Below are positions 1-12,342 of a stretch of 64,000 bases of DNA, in pieces. This DNA comes from the human T2T-CHM13v2.0 reference genome, Homo sapiens. Location: the NCBI RefSeq assembly GCF_009914755.1, contig NC_060947.1; one strand, given 5' to 3'. Each line of letters begins with the position of its first letter. Position 1 is the first letter of the stretch. Under the pieces are notes generated by a model, which did not search any database, was not told the DNA's origin, and saw nothing but the letters and a program-made list of their open reading frames with translations. The translations under genes and the position numbers were made by a program.

Positions 1-78
1 AAGAGTGATTCCAATCTGCTCTATCAATAGGACTGTTCAACTCCATGAGTTGAATGCCATCCTCACAAAGTCGTTTCT

Positions 79-929
79 GAGAATGCTTCTATCTAGTTTT
101 TATGTGAAGATATTTCCTTTTCCACCACAGGCCTCAAAGCCCTCCAAACGTCCACTTGCAGATTCTCGAAAAAGTGTGTTTCATAGCTGCTCTTTCAAAA
201 GGAAAGTTCAACTCTGGGAGTTGAATACAAACATCACAAAGTAGTTTCCGAGAATGCTTCTGTTTAGTTCTTATGTGAAGATGATCCCGTTTCCAGTGAA
301 ATCTTCAAAGAGGTCCACATATCCCCTTGCAGATTCCAAAGAAAGAGGGTTTCAAAACTGCTCCATCAAAAGGATTGTTCAACTCTGTGAGTTGAATGCA
401 GTCATCGCAGAAAACTTTCTGAGAATGCTTCTGTCTAGGTTTGATGTGAAGATATAGACGTTTCAAACGAAGGCTACAAAGTGGTCAAAATATACACTTG
501 CAGATTCTACTACAAGGGTGTTGCAAACCTGAACTATCAAAGGAAGGTTCAACTCTGTGAGTTGAATTCAAACATCATAAAGAATGTTCTGAGTTTGCTT
601 CCGTTCAGTTATGGGAAGTTGATCCCATTTCCAACGAAATCCTCAGAGAGGTCCAAATATCCCCTTGCAGATTCTACAAAACGTGTGTTTGGAAACTGCT
701 CCATCATAACGAATGTTCAGCTCTCTGAGTTAAACTCCATCGTCACAAAGAATTTTCTGAGAGTGCTACCGTCTAGTTTTTATATGTAGTTCTTTCCGTT
801 ACTACCACAGGCCTCAAAGCGGTCCAAATCTCCACTTGCAGATTCTACAAAAAGAGTGTTTGCAAACTGCTCTATCAAAAGGAATGTTCAACTCTGGGAG
901 TTGAATGCAATCATCACAGAGCAGTTTCT
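79..929 (-). repeat. Internal pentamer 1 of the HOR (SF3 pentameric ancestry)
   Basis: The length series 171,171,170,168,171 and A-B-B-B-A pattern recur at 1270-2135. Shared diagnostic motifs include AGTTATGGGAA (608 and 1813), AACCTGAACT, and TTTATATGAAGTT-like sequence. Confidence 0.85.
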
Positions 930-1269
930 GAGAATCCTTCTATGTGGTTTTTAGGAGAAGATATTTCCTTTTCCAACACAGTCCTCCAAGCCCGCTAAAT
1001 ATCCACTTGCACATTGTAGAAAAAGTGTGTCAAAGCTGCGCTATCAAAGGGAAAGTTCAACTCTGTGAGGTGAATGCAAACATCCCAAAGAAGTTTCTGA
1101 GAATGCTTCCGTTTAGCTTTTAGGTGAAGATTATCCCGTTTCCAACGAAAGCTTCAAAGAGGTCCAAATATCCCCTTGCGGATCCCACAGAAAGAGTGTT
1201 TCGAAACTGCTGTTTCAAAAGGAATCTTCAACTCTGTGAGTTGAATGCAATCATCACAAAGAAGTTTCT
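930..1269 (-). repeat. Extra two-monomer (A,B) segment between the pentamers; carries a CENP-B box and the BamHI site
   Basis: Two monomers (169 and 171 bp) resembling the first two monomers of each pentamer. CENP-B box at 1134-1150, GGATCC at 1180-1185. Confidence 0.8.
1180..1185. other. BamHI site defining the classical 2.0-kb DXZ1 repeat (one per HOR; absent in U14, U15, U17, U20, U28, U30)
   Basis: CTTGCGGATCCCAC in most units. GGTTCC in U14/U15/U17, GCAGATCC in U20, GGAACC in U28/U30. Confidence 0.9.
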
Positions 1270-2135
1270 GACAATGCTTCTCTCTCGTCTTTCTGTGAAG
1301 ATAAAGGAAAAGGCTTTCAGGCCTTTTCCACCACAGGCCTGAAAGCGCTCCAAATGTCCACTTGCAGATTCTGCCAAAAGAATATTTCAAAACTGCTCTA
1401 TGAAAAGCAATGTTAAACTCTGCGGCTCGAACACAAACATCACAAAGCAGTTTCTGAGAATGCTTCAGTTTAGTTTTTCTGTGGAAATATTCCCGTTTCC
1501 AAAGAAATCTTCAAAGAGGTCCACGCATCCACTTACAGATTCTACAAAAACACAGTTTCAAAACTGCTCAATCAAAACGAGGGTTCAACTGTGTGACTTG
1601 AATGCAATCATCACTCAGAAGTTTCTGAGAATGCTTCTCTTTAGTTTTTACGTGAACATATACCTGTTTCGAACGAAGGCCACACAGTGGTCCAAATATC
1701 CACTTGCAGATTCTACAGAAAGAGTGTTTCAAACCTGAACTCTCAAAGGCAGGTTCATCTCTGCGAGTTAAATGCATTCATCATGAAGAGCTTTCTCAGC
1801 GTGTTTGTGTTTAGTTATGGGAAATTATTCCCGTTTCCAACGAAATCCTCAGAGAGCTCCAAATATCCACCTGCAGATTCTACCAAAAGTGTATTTGGAA
1901 ACTGCTCCATCAAAAGGCATGTTCAGCTATGTGAGTGAAACACCATCATCACAAAGAATATTCTGAGAATGCTTCCGTTTGCCTTTTATATGAAGCTCCT
2001 TCCTATACTACCGTAGGCCTCAAAGCAGTCCAAATCTCCTTTTGCAGATTCTACAAAAAGAGTGATTCCAATCTGCTCTATCAATAGGATTGTTCAACTC
2101 CATGAGTTGAATGCCATCCTCACAAAGTCGTTTCT
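1270..2135 (-). repeat. Internal pentamer 2 of the HOR, starting with the 186-bp long monomer
   Basis: Lengths 186,171,170,168,171; homologous monomer by monomer to 79-929. The first monomer has a net 15-bp gain around 1304-1321. Confidence 0.85.
1306..1346. repeat. Two overlapping perfect inverted repeats (9-bp arms with 6-nt loop; 12-bp arms with 10-nt loop), once per HOR
   Basis: GGAAAAGGC (1306-1314) is the reverse complement of GCCTTTTCC (1321-1329). GCTTTCAGGCCT (1313-1324) is the reverse complement of AGGCCTGAAAGC (1335-1346). Confidence 0.92.
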
Positions 2136-2679
2136 GAGAATGCTTCTATCTAGTTTTTATGTGAAGATATTTCCTTTTCCACCACAGGCCTCAAAGCCCT
2201 CCAAACGTCCACTTGCAGATTCTCGAAAAAGAGTGTTTCATAGCTGCTCTTTCAAAAGGAAAGTTCAACTCTGGGAGTTGAATACAAACATCACAAAGTA
2301 GTTTCCGAGAATGCTTCTGTTTAGTTCTTATGTGAAGATGATCCCGTTTCCAGTGAAATCTTCAAAGAGGTCCACATATCCCATTGCAGATTCCAAAGAA
2401 AGAGGGTTTCAAAACTGCTCCATCAAAAGGATTGTTCAACTCTGTGAGTTGAATGCAGTCATCGCAGAAAATTTTCTGAGAATGCTTCTGTCTAGGTTTG
2501 ATGTGAAGATATAGACCTTTCAAACGAAGGCTACAAAGTGGTCAAAATATACACTTGCAGATTCTACTGCAAGGGTGTTGCAAACCTGAACTATCAAAGG
2601 AATGTTCAACTCTGTGAGTTGAATTCAAACGTCATAAAGAATGTTCTGAGTTTGCTTCCGTTCAGTTATGGGAAGTTGA

Positions 2680-2696
2680 TCCCGTTTCCAACGAAA
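2680..2696 (-). other. CENP-B box 1 of the HOR (canonical; shown in U2)
   Basis: TCCCGTTTCCAACGAAA is the reverse complement of TTTCGTTGGAAACGGGA and matches YTTCGTTGGAARCGGGA. Confidence 0.93.
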
Positions 2697-3190
2697 TCCT
2701 CAGAGAGGTCCAAATATCCCCTTGCAGATTCTACAAAACGTGTGTTTGGAAACTGCTCCATCATAATGAATGTTCAGCTCTCTGAGTTAAACTCCATCGT
2801 CACAAAAAATTTTCTGAGAGTGCTACCGTCTAGTTTTTATATGAAGTTCTTTCCTTTACTACCACAGGCCTCAAAGCGGTCCAAATCTCCACTTGCAGAT
2901 TCTACAAAAAGAGTGTTTGCAAACTGCTCTATCAAAAGGAATGTTCAACTCTGGGAGTTGAATGCAATCATCACAGAGCAGTTTCTGAGAATGCTTCTAT
3001 GTGGTTTTTAGGAGAAGATATTTCCTTTTCCAACACAGTCCTGCAAGCCCGCTAAATATCCACTTGCACATTTTAGAAAAAGTGTGTCGAAGCTGCGCTA
3101 TCAAAGGGAAAGTTCAACTCTGTGAGGTGAATGCGAACATCCCAAAGAAGTTTCTGAGAATGCTTCCGTTTAGCTTTTAGGTGAAGATTA

Positions 3191-3207
3191 TCCCGTTTCC
3201 AACGAAA
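3191..3207 (-). other. CENP-B box 2 of the HOR (canonical; shown in U2)
   Basis: TCCCGTTTCCAACGAAA on the plus strand. Confidence 0.93.
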
Positions 3208-3718
3208 TCTTCAAAGAGGTCCAAATATCCCCTTGCGGATCCCCCAGAAAGAGTGTTTCGAAACTGCTGTTTCAAAAGGAATCTTCAACTCTGTGAGTTG
3301 AATGCAATCATCACAAAGAAGTTTCTGACAATGCTTCTCTCTCGTCTTTCTGTGAAGATAAAGGAAAAGGCTTTCAGGCCTTTTCCACCACAGGCCTGAA
3401 AGCGCTCCAAATGTCCACTTGCAGATTCTGCCAAAAGAATATTTCAAAACTGCTCTATGAAAAGCAATGTTAAACTCTGTGGCTCGAACACAAACATCAC
3501 AAAGCAGTTTCTGAGAATGCTTCAGTTTAGTTTTTCTGTGGAAATATTCCCGTTTCCAAAGAAATCTTCAAAGAGGTCCACGCATCCACTTACAGATTCT
3601 ACAAAAAGACAGTTTCAAAACTGCTCAATCAAAAGGAGGGTTCAACTGTGTGACTTGAATGCAATCATCACTCAGAAGTTTCTGAGAACGCTTCTCTTTA
3701 GTTTTTACGTGAACATAT

Positions 3719-3735
3719 ACCCGTTTCGAACGAAA
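3719..3735 (-). other. CENP-B box 3 of the HOR (non-canonical flanks, nine essential bases intact; shown in U2)
   Basis: ACCCGTTTCGAACGAAA fits NCCCGNNTNNNNCGAAN, the reverse complement of the essential core NTTCGNNNNANNCGGGN. Confidence 0.85.
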
Positions 3736-3885
3736 GCCAGCCAGTGGTCCAAATATCCACTTGCAGATTCTACAGAAAGAGTGTTTCGAACCTGAACTCT
3801 CAAAGGCAGGTTCATCTCTGCGAGTTAAATGCATTCATCATGAAGAACTTTCTCAGCGTGTTTGTGTTTAGTTATGGGAAATTAT

Positions 3886-3902
3886 TCCCGTTTCCAACGA
3901 AA
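3886..3902 (-). other. CENP-B box 4 of the HOR (canonical; shown in U2)
   Basis: TCCCGTTTCCAACGAAA on the plus strand. The three other B-type monomers carry fixed broken boxes (TCCCGTTTCCAGTGAAA, AGACGTTTCAAACGAAG, TCCCGTTTCCAAAGAAA). Confidence 0.93.
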
Positions 3903-6900
3903 TCCTCAGAGAGGTCCAAATATCCACCTGCAGATTCTACCAAAAGTGTATTTGGAAACTGCTCCATCAAAAGGCATGTTCAGCTCTGTGAGTGAAACTC
4001 CATCATCACAAAGAATATTCTGAGAATGCTTCCGTTTGCCTTTTATATGAAGTTCCTTCCTATACTACCGTAGGCCTCAAAGCAGTCCAAATCTCCATTT
4101 GCAGATTCTACAAAAAGAGTGATTCCAATCTGCTCTATCAATAGGATTGTTCAACTCCATGAGTTGAATGCCATCCTCACAAAGTCGTTTCTGAGAATGC
4201 TTCTATCTAGTTTTTATGTGAAGACAATTCCTTTTCCACCACAGGCCTCAAAGCCCTCCAAACGTCCACTTGCAGATTCTCGAAAAAGTGTGTTTCATAG
4301 CTGCTCTTTCAAAAGGAAAGTTCAACTCTGGGAGTTGAATACAAACATCACAAAGTAGTTTCCGAGAATGCTTCTGCTTAGTTCTTATGTGAAGATGATC
4401 CCGTTTCCAGTGAAATCTTCAAAGAGGTCCACATATCCCCTTGCAGATTCCAAAGAAAGAGGGTTTCAAAACTGCTCCATCAAAAGGATTGTTCAACTCT
4501 GTGAGTTGAATGCAGTCATCGCAGAAAACTTTCTGAGAATGCTTCTGTCTAGGTTTGATGTGAAGATATAGACGTTTCAAACGAAGGCTACAAAGTGGTC
4601 AAAATATACACTTGCAGATTCTACTACAAGGGTGATGCAAACCTGAACTATCAAAGGAAGGTTCAACTCTGTGAGTTGAATACAAACATCACAAAGAATG
4701 TTCTGAGGTTGCTTCAGTTCAGTTATGGGAAGTTGATCCCTTTTCCAAAGAAATCCACAGAGAGGTCCAAATATCCCCTTGCAGATTCTACAAAACGTGT
4801 GTTTGGAAACTGCTCCATCATAACGAATGTTCAGCTCTCTGAGTTAAACTCCATCGTCACAAAGAATTTTCGAAGAGTGCTACCGTCTAGTTTTTATATG
4901 AAGTTCTTTCCTTTACTACCACAGGCCTCAAAGCGGTCCAAATCTCCACTTGCAGATTCTACAAAAAGAGTGTTTGCAAACTGCTCTATCAAAAGGAATG
5001 TTCAACTCTGGGAGTTGAATGCAATCATCACAGAGCAGTTTCTGAGAATGCTTCTATGTCGTTTTTAGGAGAAGATATTTCCTTTTCCAACACAGTCCTC
5101 CAAGCCCGCTAAATATCCACTTGCACATTGTAGAAAAAGTGTGTCGAAGCTGCGCTATCAAAGGGAAAGTTCAACTCTGTGAGGTGAATGCAAACATCCC
5201 AAAGAAGTTTCTGAGAATGCTTCCGTTTAGCTTTTAGGTGAAGATTATCCCGTTTCCAACGAAAACTTCAAAGAGGTCCAAATATCCCCTTGCGGATCCC
5301 ACAGAAAGAGTGTTTCGAAACTGCTGTTTCAAAAGGAATCTTCAACTCTGTGAGTTGAATGCAATCATCACAAAGAAGTTTCTGACAATGCTTCTCTCTC
5401 GTCTTTCTGTGAAGATAAAGGAAAAGGCTTTCAGGCCTTTTCCACCACAGGCCTGAAAGCGCTCCAAATGTCCACTTGCAGATTCTGCCAAAAGAATATT
5501 TCAAAACTGCTCTATGAAAAGCAATGTTAAACTCTGCGGCTCGAACACAAACATCACAAAGCAGTTTCTGAGAATGCTTCGGTTAAGTTTTTCTGTGGAA
5601 ATATTCCCGTTTCCAAAGAAATCTTCAAAGAGGTCCACGTATCCACTTACAGATTCTACAAAAAGACAGTTTCAAAACTGCTCAATCAAAAGGAGGGTTC
5701 AACTGTGTGACTTGAATGCAATCATCACTCAGAAGTTTCTGAGAACGCTTCTCTTTAGTTTTTACGTGAACATATACCCGTTTCGAACGAAGGCCAGCCA
5801 GTGGTCCAAATATCCACTTGCAGATTCTACAGAAAGAGTGTTTCGAACCTGAACTCTCAAAGGCACGTTCATCTCTGCGAGTTAAATGCATTCATCATGA
5901 AGAACTTTCTCAGCGTGTTTGTGTTTAGTTATGGGAAATTATTCCCGTTTCCAACGAAATCCTCAGAGAGCTCCAAATATCCACCTGCAGATTCTACCAA
6001 AAGTGTATTTGGAAACTGCTCCATCAAAAGGCATGTTCAGCTCTGTGAGTGAAACTCCATCATCACAAAGAATATTCTGAGAATGCTTCCGTTTGCCTTT
6101 TATATGAAGTTCCTTCCTATACTACCGTAGGCCTCAAAGCAGTCCAAATCTCCATTTGCAGATTCTACAAAAAAAGTGATTCCAATCTGCTCTATCAATA
6201 GGACTGTTCAACTCCATGAGTTGAATGCCATCCTCACAAAGTCGTTTCTGAGAATGCTTCTATCTAGTTTTTATGTGAAGATATTTCCTTTTCCCCCACA
6301 GGCCTCAAAGCCCTCCAAACGTCCACTTGCAGATTCTCGAAAAAGGGTGTTTCATAGCTGCTCTTTCAAAAGGAAAGTTCAACTCTGGGAGCTGAATACA
6401 AACATCACAAAGTAGTTTCTGAGAATGCTTCTGTTTAGTTCTTATGTGAAGATGATCCCGTTTCCAGTGAAATCTTCAAAGAGGTCCACATATCCCCTTG
6501 CAGATTCCAAAGAAAGAGGGTTTCAAAACTGCTCCATCAAAAGGATTGTTCAACTCTGTGAGTTGAATGCAGTCATCGCAGAAAACTTTCTTAGAATGCT
6601 TCTGTCTAGGTTTGATGTGAAGATATAGACGTTTCAAACGAAGGCTACAAAGTGGTCAAAATATACACTTGCAGATTCTACTACAAGGGTGATGCAAACC
6701 TGAACTATCAAAGGAAGGTTCAACTCTGTGAGTTGAATACAAACATAACAAAGAATGTTCTGAGTTTGCTTCCGTTCAGTTATGGGAAGTTGATCCCGTT
6801 TCCAACGAAATCCTCAGAGAGGTCCAAATATCCCCTTGCAGATTCTACAAAACGTGTGTTTGGAAACTGCTCCATCATAACGAATGTTCAGCTCTCTGAG

Positions 6901-9900
6901 TTAAACTCCATCGTCACAAAGAATTTTCTGAGAGTGCTACCGTCTAGTTTTTATATGAAGTTGTTTCCTTTACTACCACAGGCCTCAAAGCTTTTCCAAA
7001 TCTCCACTTGCAGATTCTACAAAAAGAGTGTTTGCAAACTGCTCTATCAAAAGGAATGTTCAACTCTGGGAGTTGAATGCAATCATCACAGAGCAGTTTC
7101 TGAGAATGCTTCTATGTGGTTTTTAGGAGAAGATATTTCCTTTTCCAACACAGTCCTGCAAGCCCGCTAAATATCCACTTGCACATTTTAGAAAAAGTGT
7201 GTCGAAGCTGCGCTATCAAAGGGAAAGTTCAACTCTGTGAGGTGAATGCAAACATCCCAAAGAAGTTTCTGAGAATGCTTCCGTTTAGCTTTTAGGTGAA
7301 GATTATCCCGTTTCCAACGAAATCTTCAAAGAAGTCCAAATATCCCCTTGCGGATCCCACAGAAAGAGTGTTTCGAAACTGCTGTTTCAAAAGGAATCTT
7401 CAACTCTGTGAGTTGAATGCAATCATCACAAAGAAGTTTCTGACAATGCTTCTCTCTCGTCTTTCTGTGAAGATAAAGGAAAAGGCTTTCAGGCCTTTTC
7501 CACCACAGGCCTGAAAGCGCTCCAAATGTCCACTTGCAGATTCTGCCAAAAGAATATTTCAAAACTGCTCTATGAAAAGCAATGTTAAACTCTGTGGCTC
7601 GAACACAAACATCACAAAGCAGTTTCTGAGAATGCTTCAGTTTAGTTTTTCTGTGGAAATATTCCCGTTTCCAAAGAAATCTTCAAAGAGGTCCACGCAT
7701 CCACTTACAGATTCTACAAAAAGACAGTTTCAAAACTGCTCAATCAAAAGGAGGGTTCAACTGTGTGACTTGAATGCAATCATCACTCAGAAGTTTCTGA
7801 GAATGCTTCTCTTTAGTTTTTACGTGAACATATACCCGTTTCGAACGAAGGCCACCCAGTGGTCCAAATATCCACTTGCAGATTCTACAGAAAGAGTGTT
7901 TCGAACCTGAACTCTCAAAGGCAGGTTCATCTCTGCGAGTTAAATGCATTCATCATGAAGAACTTTCTCAGCGTGTTTGTGTTTAGTTATTGGAAATTAT
8001 TCCCGTTTCCAACGAAATCCTCAGAGAGGTCCAAATATCCACCTGTAGATTCTACCAAAAGTGTATTTGGAAACTGCTCCATCAAAAGGAATGTTCAGCT
8101 CTGTGAGTGAAACTCCATCATCTCAAAGAATATTCTGAGAATGCTTCCATTTGCCTTTTATATGAAGTTCCTTCCTATACTACCCTAGGCCTCAAAGCAG
8201 TCCAAATCTCCATTTGCAGATCCTACAAAAAGAGTGATTCCAATCTGCTCTATCAATAGGACTGTTCAACTCCATGAGTTGAATGCCATCCTCACAAAGT
8301 AGTTTCTGAGAATGTTTCTATCTAGTTTTTATGTGAAGATATTTCCTTTTCCACCACAGGCCTCAAAGCCCTCCAAACGTCCACTTGCAGATTCTCGAAA
8401 AAGAGTGTTTCATAGCTGCTCTTTCAAAAGGAAAGTTCAACTCTGGGAGCTGAATACAAACATCACAAAGTAGTTTCCGAGAATGCTTCTGTTTAGTTCT
8501 TATGTGAAGATGATCCCGTTTCCAGTGAAATCTTCAAAGAGGTCCACATATCCCCTTGCAGATTCCAAAGAAAGAGGGTTTCAAAACTGCTCCATCAAAA
8601 GGATTGTTCAACTCTGTGAGTTGAATGCAGTCATCGCAGAAAACTTTCTGAGAATGCTTCTGTCTAGGTTTGATGTGAAGATATAGACGTTTCAAACGAA
8701 GGCTACAAAGTGGTCAAAATATACACTTGCAGATTCTACTACAAGGGTGTTGCAAACCTGAACTATCAAAGGAAGGTTCAACTCTGTGAGTTGAATACAA
8801 ACATCACAAAGAATGTTCTGAGTTTGCTTCCGTTCAGTTATGGGAAGTTGATCCCGTTTCCAACGAAATCCTCAGAGAGGTCCAAATATCCCCTTGCAGA
8901 TTCTACAAAACGTGTGTTTGGAAACTGCTCCATCATAACGAATGTTCAGCTCTCTGAGTTAAACTCCATCGTCACAAAGAATTTTCTGAGAGTGCTACCG
9001 TCTAGTTTTATATGAACTTCTTTCCTTTACTACCACCGGCCTCAAAGCGGTCCAAATCTCCACTTGCAGATTCTACAAAAAGAGTGTTTGCAAACTGCTC
9101 TATCAAAAGGAATGTTCAACTCTGGGAGTTGAATGCAATCATCACAGAGCAGTTTCTGAGAATGCTTCTATGTCGTTTTTAGGAGAAGATATTTCCTTTT
9201 CCAACACAGTCCTCCAAGCCCGCTAAATATCCACTTGCACATTGTAGAAAAAGAGTGTCGAAGCTGCGCTATCAAAGGGAAAGTTCAACTCTGTGAGGTG
9301 AATGCAAACATCCCAACGAAGTTTCTGAGAATGCTTTAGTTTAGCTTTTAGGTGAAGATTATCCCGTTTCCAACGAAATCTTCAAAGAAGTCCAAATATC
9401 CCCTTGCGGATCCCACAGAAAGAGTGTTTCGAAACTGCTGTTTCAAAAGGAATCTTCAACTCTGTGAGTTGAATGCAATCATCACAAAGAAGTTTCTGAC
9501 AATGCTTCTCTCTCGTCTTTCTGTGAAGATAAAGGAAAAGGCTTTCAGGCCTTTTCCACCACAGGCCTGAAAGCGCTCCAAATGTCCACTTGCAGATTCT
9601 GCCAAAAGAATATTTCAAAACTGCTCTATGAAAAGCAATGTTAAACTCTGTGGCTCGAACACAAACATCACAAAGCAGTTTCTGAGAATGCTTCAGTTTA
9701 GTTTTTCTGTGGAAATATTCCCGTTTCCAAAGAAATCTTCAAAGAGGTCCACGCATCCACTTACAGATTCTACAAAAAGACAGTTTCAAAACTGCTCAAT
9801 CAAAACGAGGGTTCAACTGTGTGACTTGAATGCAATCATCACTCAGAAGTTTCTGAGAACGCTTCTCTTTAGTTTTTACGTGAACATATACCCGTTTCGA

Positions 9901-12342
9901 ACGAAGGCCACCCAGTGGTCCAAATATCCACTTGCAGATTCTACAGAAAGAGTGTTTCGAACCTGAACTCTCAAAGGCAGGTTCATCTCTGCGAGTTAAA
10001 TGCATTCATCATGAAGAACTTTCTCAGCGTGTTTGTGTTTAGTTATGGGAAATTATTCCCGTTTCCAACGAAATCCTCAGAGAGGTCCAAATATCCACCT
10101 GCAGATTCTACCAAAAGTGTATTTGGAAACTGCTCCATCAAAAGGCATGTTCAGCTCTGTGAGTGAAACTCCATCATCACAAAGAATATTCTGAGAATGC
10201 TTCCATTTGCCTTTTATATGAAGTTACTTCCTATACTACCGTAGGCCTCAAAGCATTCCAAATCTCCATTTGCAGATTCTACAAAAAGAGTGATTCCAAT
10301 CTGCTCTATCAATAGGACTGTTCAACTCCATGAGTTGAATGCCGTCCTCACAAAGTAGTTTCTGAGAATGCTTCTATCTAGTTTTTATGTGAAGATATTT
10401 CCTTTTCCACCACAGGCCTCAAAGCCCTCCAAACGTCCACTTGCAGATTCTCGAAAAAGAGTGTTTCATAGCTGCTCTTTCAAAAGGAAAGTTCAACTCT
10501 GGGAGCTGAATACAAACATCACAAAGTAGTTTCCGAGAATGCTTCTGTTTAGTTCTTATGTGAAGATGATCCCGTTTCCAGTGAAATCTTCAAAGAGGTC
10601 CACATATCCCCTTGCAGATTCCAAAGAAAGAGGGTTTCAAAACTGCTCCATCAAAAGGATTGTTCAACTCTGTGAGTGGAATGCAGTCATCGCAGAAAAC
10701 TTTCTGAGAATGCTTCTGTCTAGGTTAGATGTGAAGATATAGACGTTTCAAACGAAGGCTACAAAGTGGTCAAAATATACACTTGCAGATTCTACTACAA
10801 GGGTGATGCAAACCTGAACTATCAAAGGAAGGTTCAACTCTGTGAGTTGAATACAAACATCACAAAGAATGTTCTGAGTTTGCTTCCGTTCAGTTATGGG
10901 AAGTTGATCCCGTTTCCAACGAAATCCTCAGAGAGGTCCAAATATCCCCTTGCAGATTCTACAAAACGTGTGTTTGGAAACTGCTCCATCATAACGAATG
11001 TTCAGCTCTCTGAGTTAAACTCCATCGTCACAAAGAATTTTCTGAGAGTGCTACCGTCTAGTTTTTATATGAAGTTCTTTCCTTTACTACCACAGGCCTC
11101 AAAGCGGTCCAAATCTCCACTTGCAGATTCTACAAAAAGAGTGTTTGCAAACTGCTCTATCAAAAGGAATTTTCAACTCTGGGAGTTGAATGCAATCATC
11201 ACAGAGCAGTTTCTGAGAATGCTTCTATGTCGTTTTTAGGAGAAGATATTTCCTTTTCCAACACAGTCCTCCAAGCCCGCTAAATATCCACTTGCACATT
11301 GTAGAAAAAGTGTGTCGAAGCTGCGCTATCAAAGGGAAAATTCAACTCTGTGAGGTGAATGCAAACTTCCCAAAGAAGTTTCTGAGAATGCTTCCGTTTA
11401 GCTTTTAGGTGAAGATTATCCCGTTTCCAACGAAATCTTCAAAGAGGTCCAAATATCCCCTTGCGGATCCCACAGAAAGAGTGTTTCGAAACTGCTGTTT
11501 CAAAAGGAATCTTCAACTCTGTGAGTTGAATGCAATCATCACAAAGAAGTTTCTGACAATGCTTCTCTCTCGTCTTTCTGTGAAGATAAAGGAAAAGGCT
11601 TTCAGGCCTTTTCCACCACAGGCCTGAAAGCGCTCCAAATGTCCACTTGCAGATTCTGCCAAAAGAATATTTCAAAACTGCTCTATGAAAAGCAATGTTA
11701 AACTCTGTGGCTCGAACACAAACATCACAAAGCAGTTTCAGAGAATGCTTCAGTTTAGTTTTTCTGTGGAAATATTCCTGTTTCCAAAGAAATCTTCAAA
11801 GAGGTCCACGCATCCACTTACAGATTCTACAAAAAGACAGTTTCAAAACTGCTCAATCAAAAGGAGGGTTCAACTGTGTGACTTGAATGCAATCATCACT
11901 CAGAAGTTTCTGAGAACGCTTCTCTTTAGTTTTTACGTGAACATATACCCGTTTCGAACGAAAGCCAGCCAGTGGTCCAAATATCCACTTGCAGATTCTA
12001 CAGAAAGAGTGTTTCGAACCTGAACTCTCAAAGGCAGGTTCATCTCTGCGAGTTAAATGCATTCATCATGAAGAACTTTCTCAGCGTGTTTGTGTTTAGT
12101 TATGGGAAATTATTCCCGTTTCCAACGAAATCCTCAGAGAGGTCCAAATATCCACCTGCAGATTCTACCAAAAGTGTATTTGGAAACTGCTCCATCAAAA
12201 GGCATGTTCAGCTCTGTGAGTGAAACTCCATCATCACAAAGAATATTCTGAGAATGCTTCCGTTTGCCTTTTATATGAAGTTCCTTCCTATACTACCGTA
12301 GGCCTCAAAGCAGTCCAAATCTCCATTTGCAGATTCTACAAA

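Larger units (their letters stand above)
79..2135 (-). repeat. One complete 12-monomer HOR unit (monomer map)
   Basis: The landmark (TTCT)GAGAATGC or its equivalent occurs at 79, 250, 421, 591, 759, 930, 1099, 1270, 1456, 1627, 1797, 1965 and 2136. Monomer lengths are 171, 171, 170, 168, 171, 169, 171, 186, 171, 170, 168, 171, summing to 2,057. Box-type order on this strand is A B B B A A B A B B B A (B = CENP-B-box-like, A = TTTCCTTTTCCACCAC-like). Confidence 0.93.

Noticed and set aside
285-471. Additional CENP-B-box-like motifs (TCCCGTTTCCAGTGAAA, AGACGTTTCAAACGAAG, also TCCCGTTTCCAAAGAAA at ~1491)
   Set aside because: Each lacks at least one of the nine essential bases in all copies inspected, so they were counted as degenerate boxes.
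1306-1346. Rho-independent terminator or structured ncRNA reading of the hairpins
   Set aside because: This is eukaryotic satellite with no upstream gene. Alpha-satellite transcripts exist, but nothing in the sequence defines a transcription unit here.
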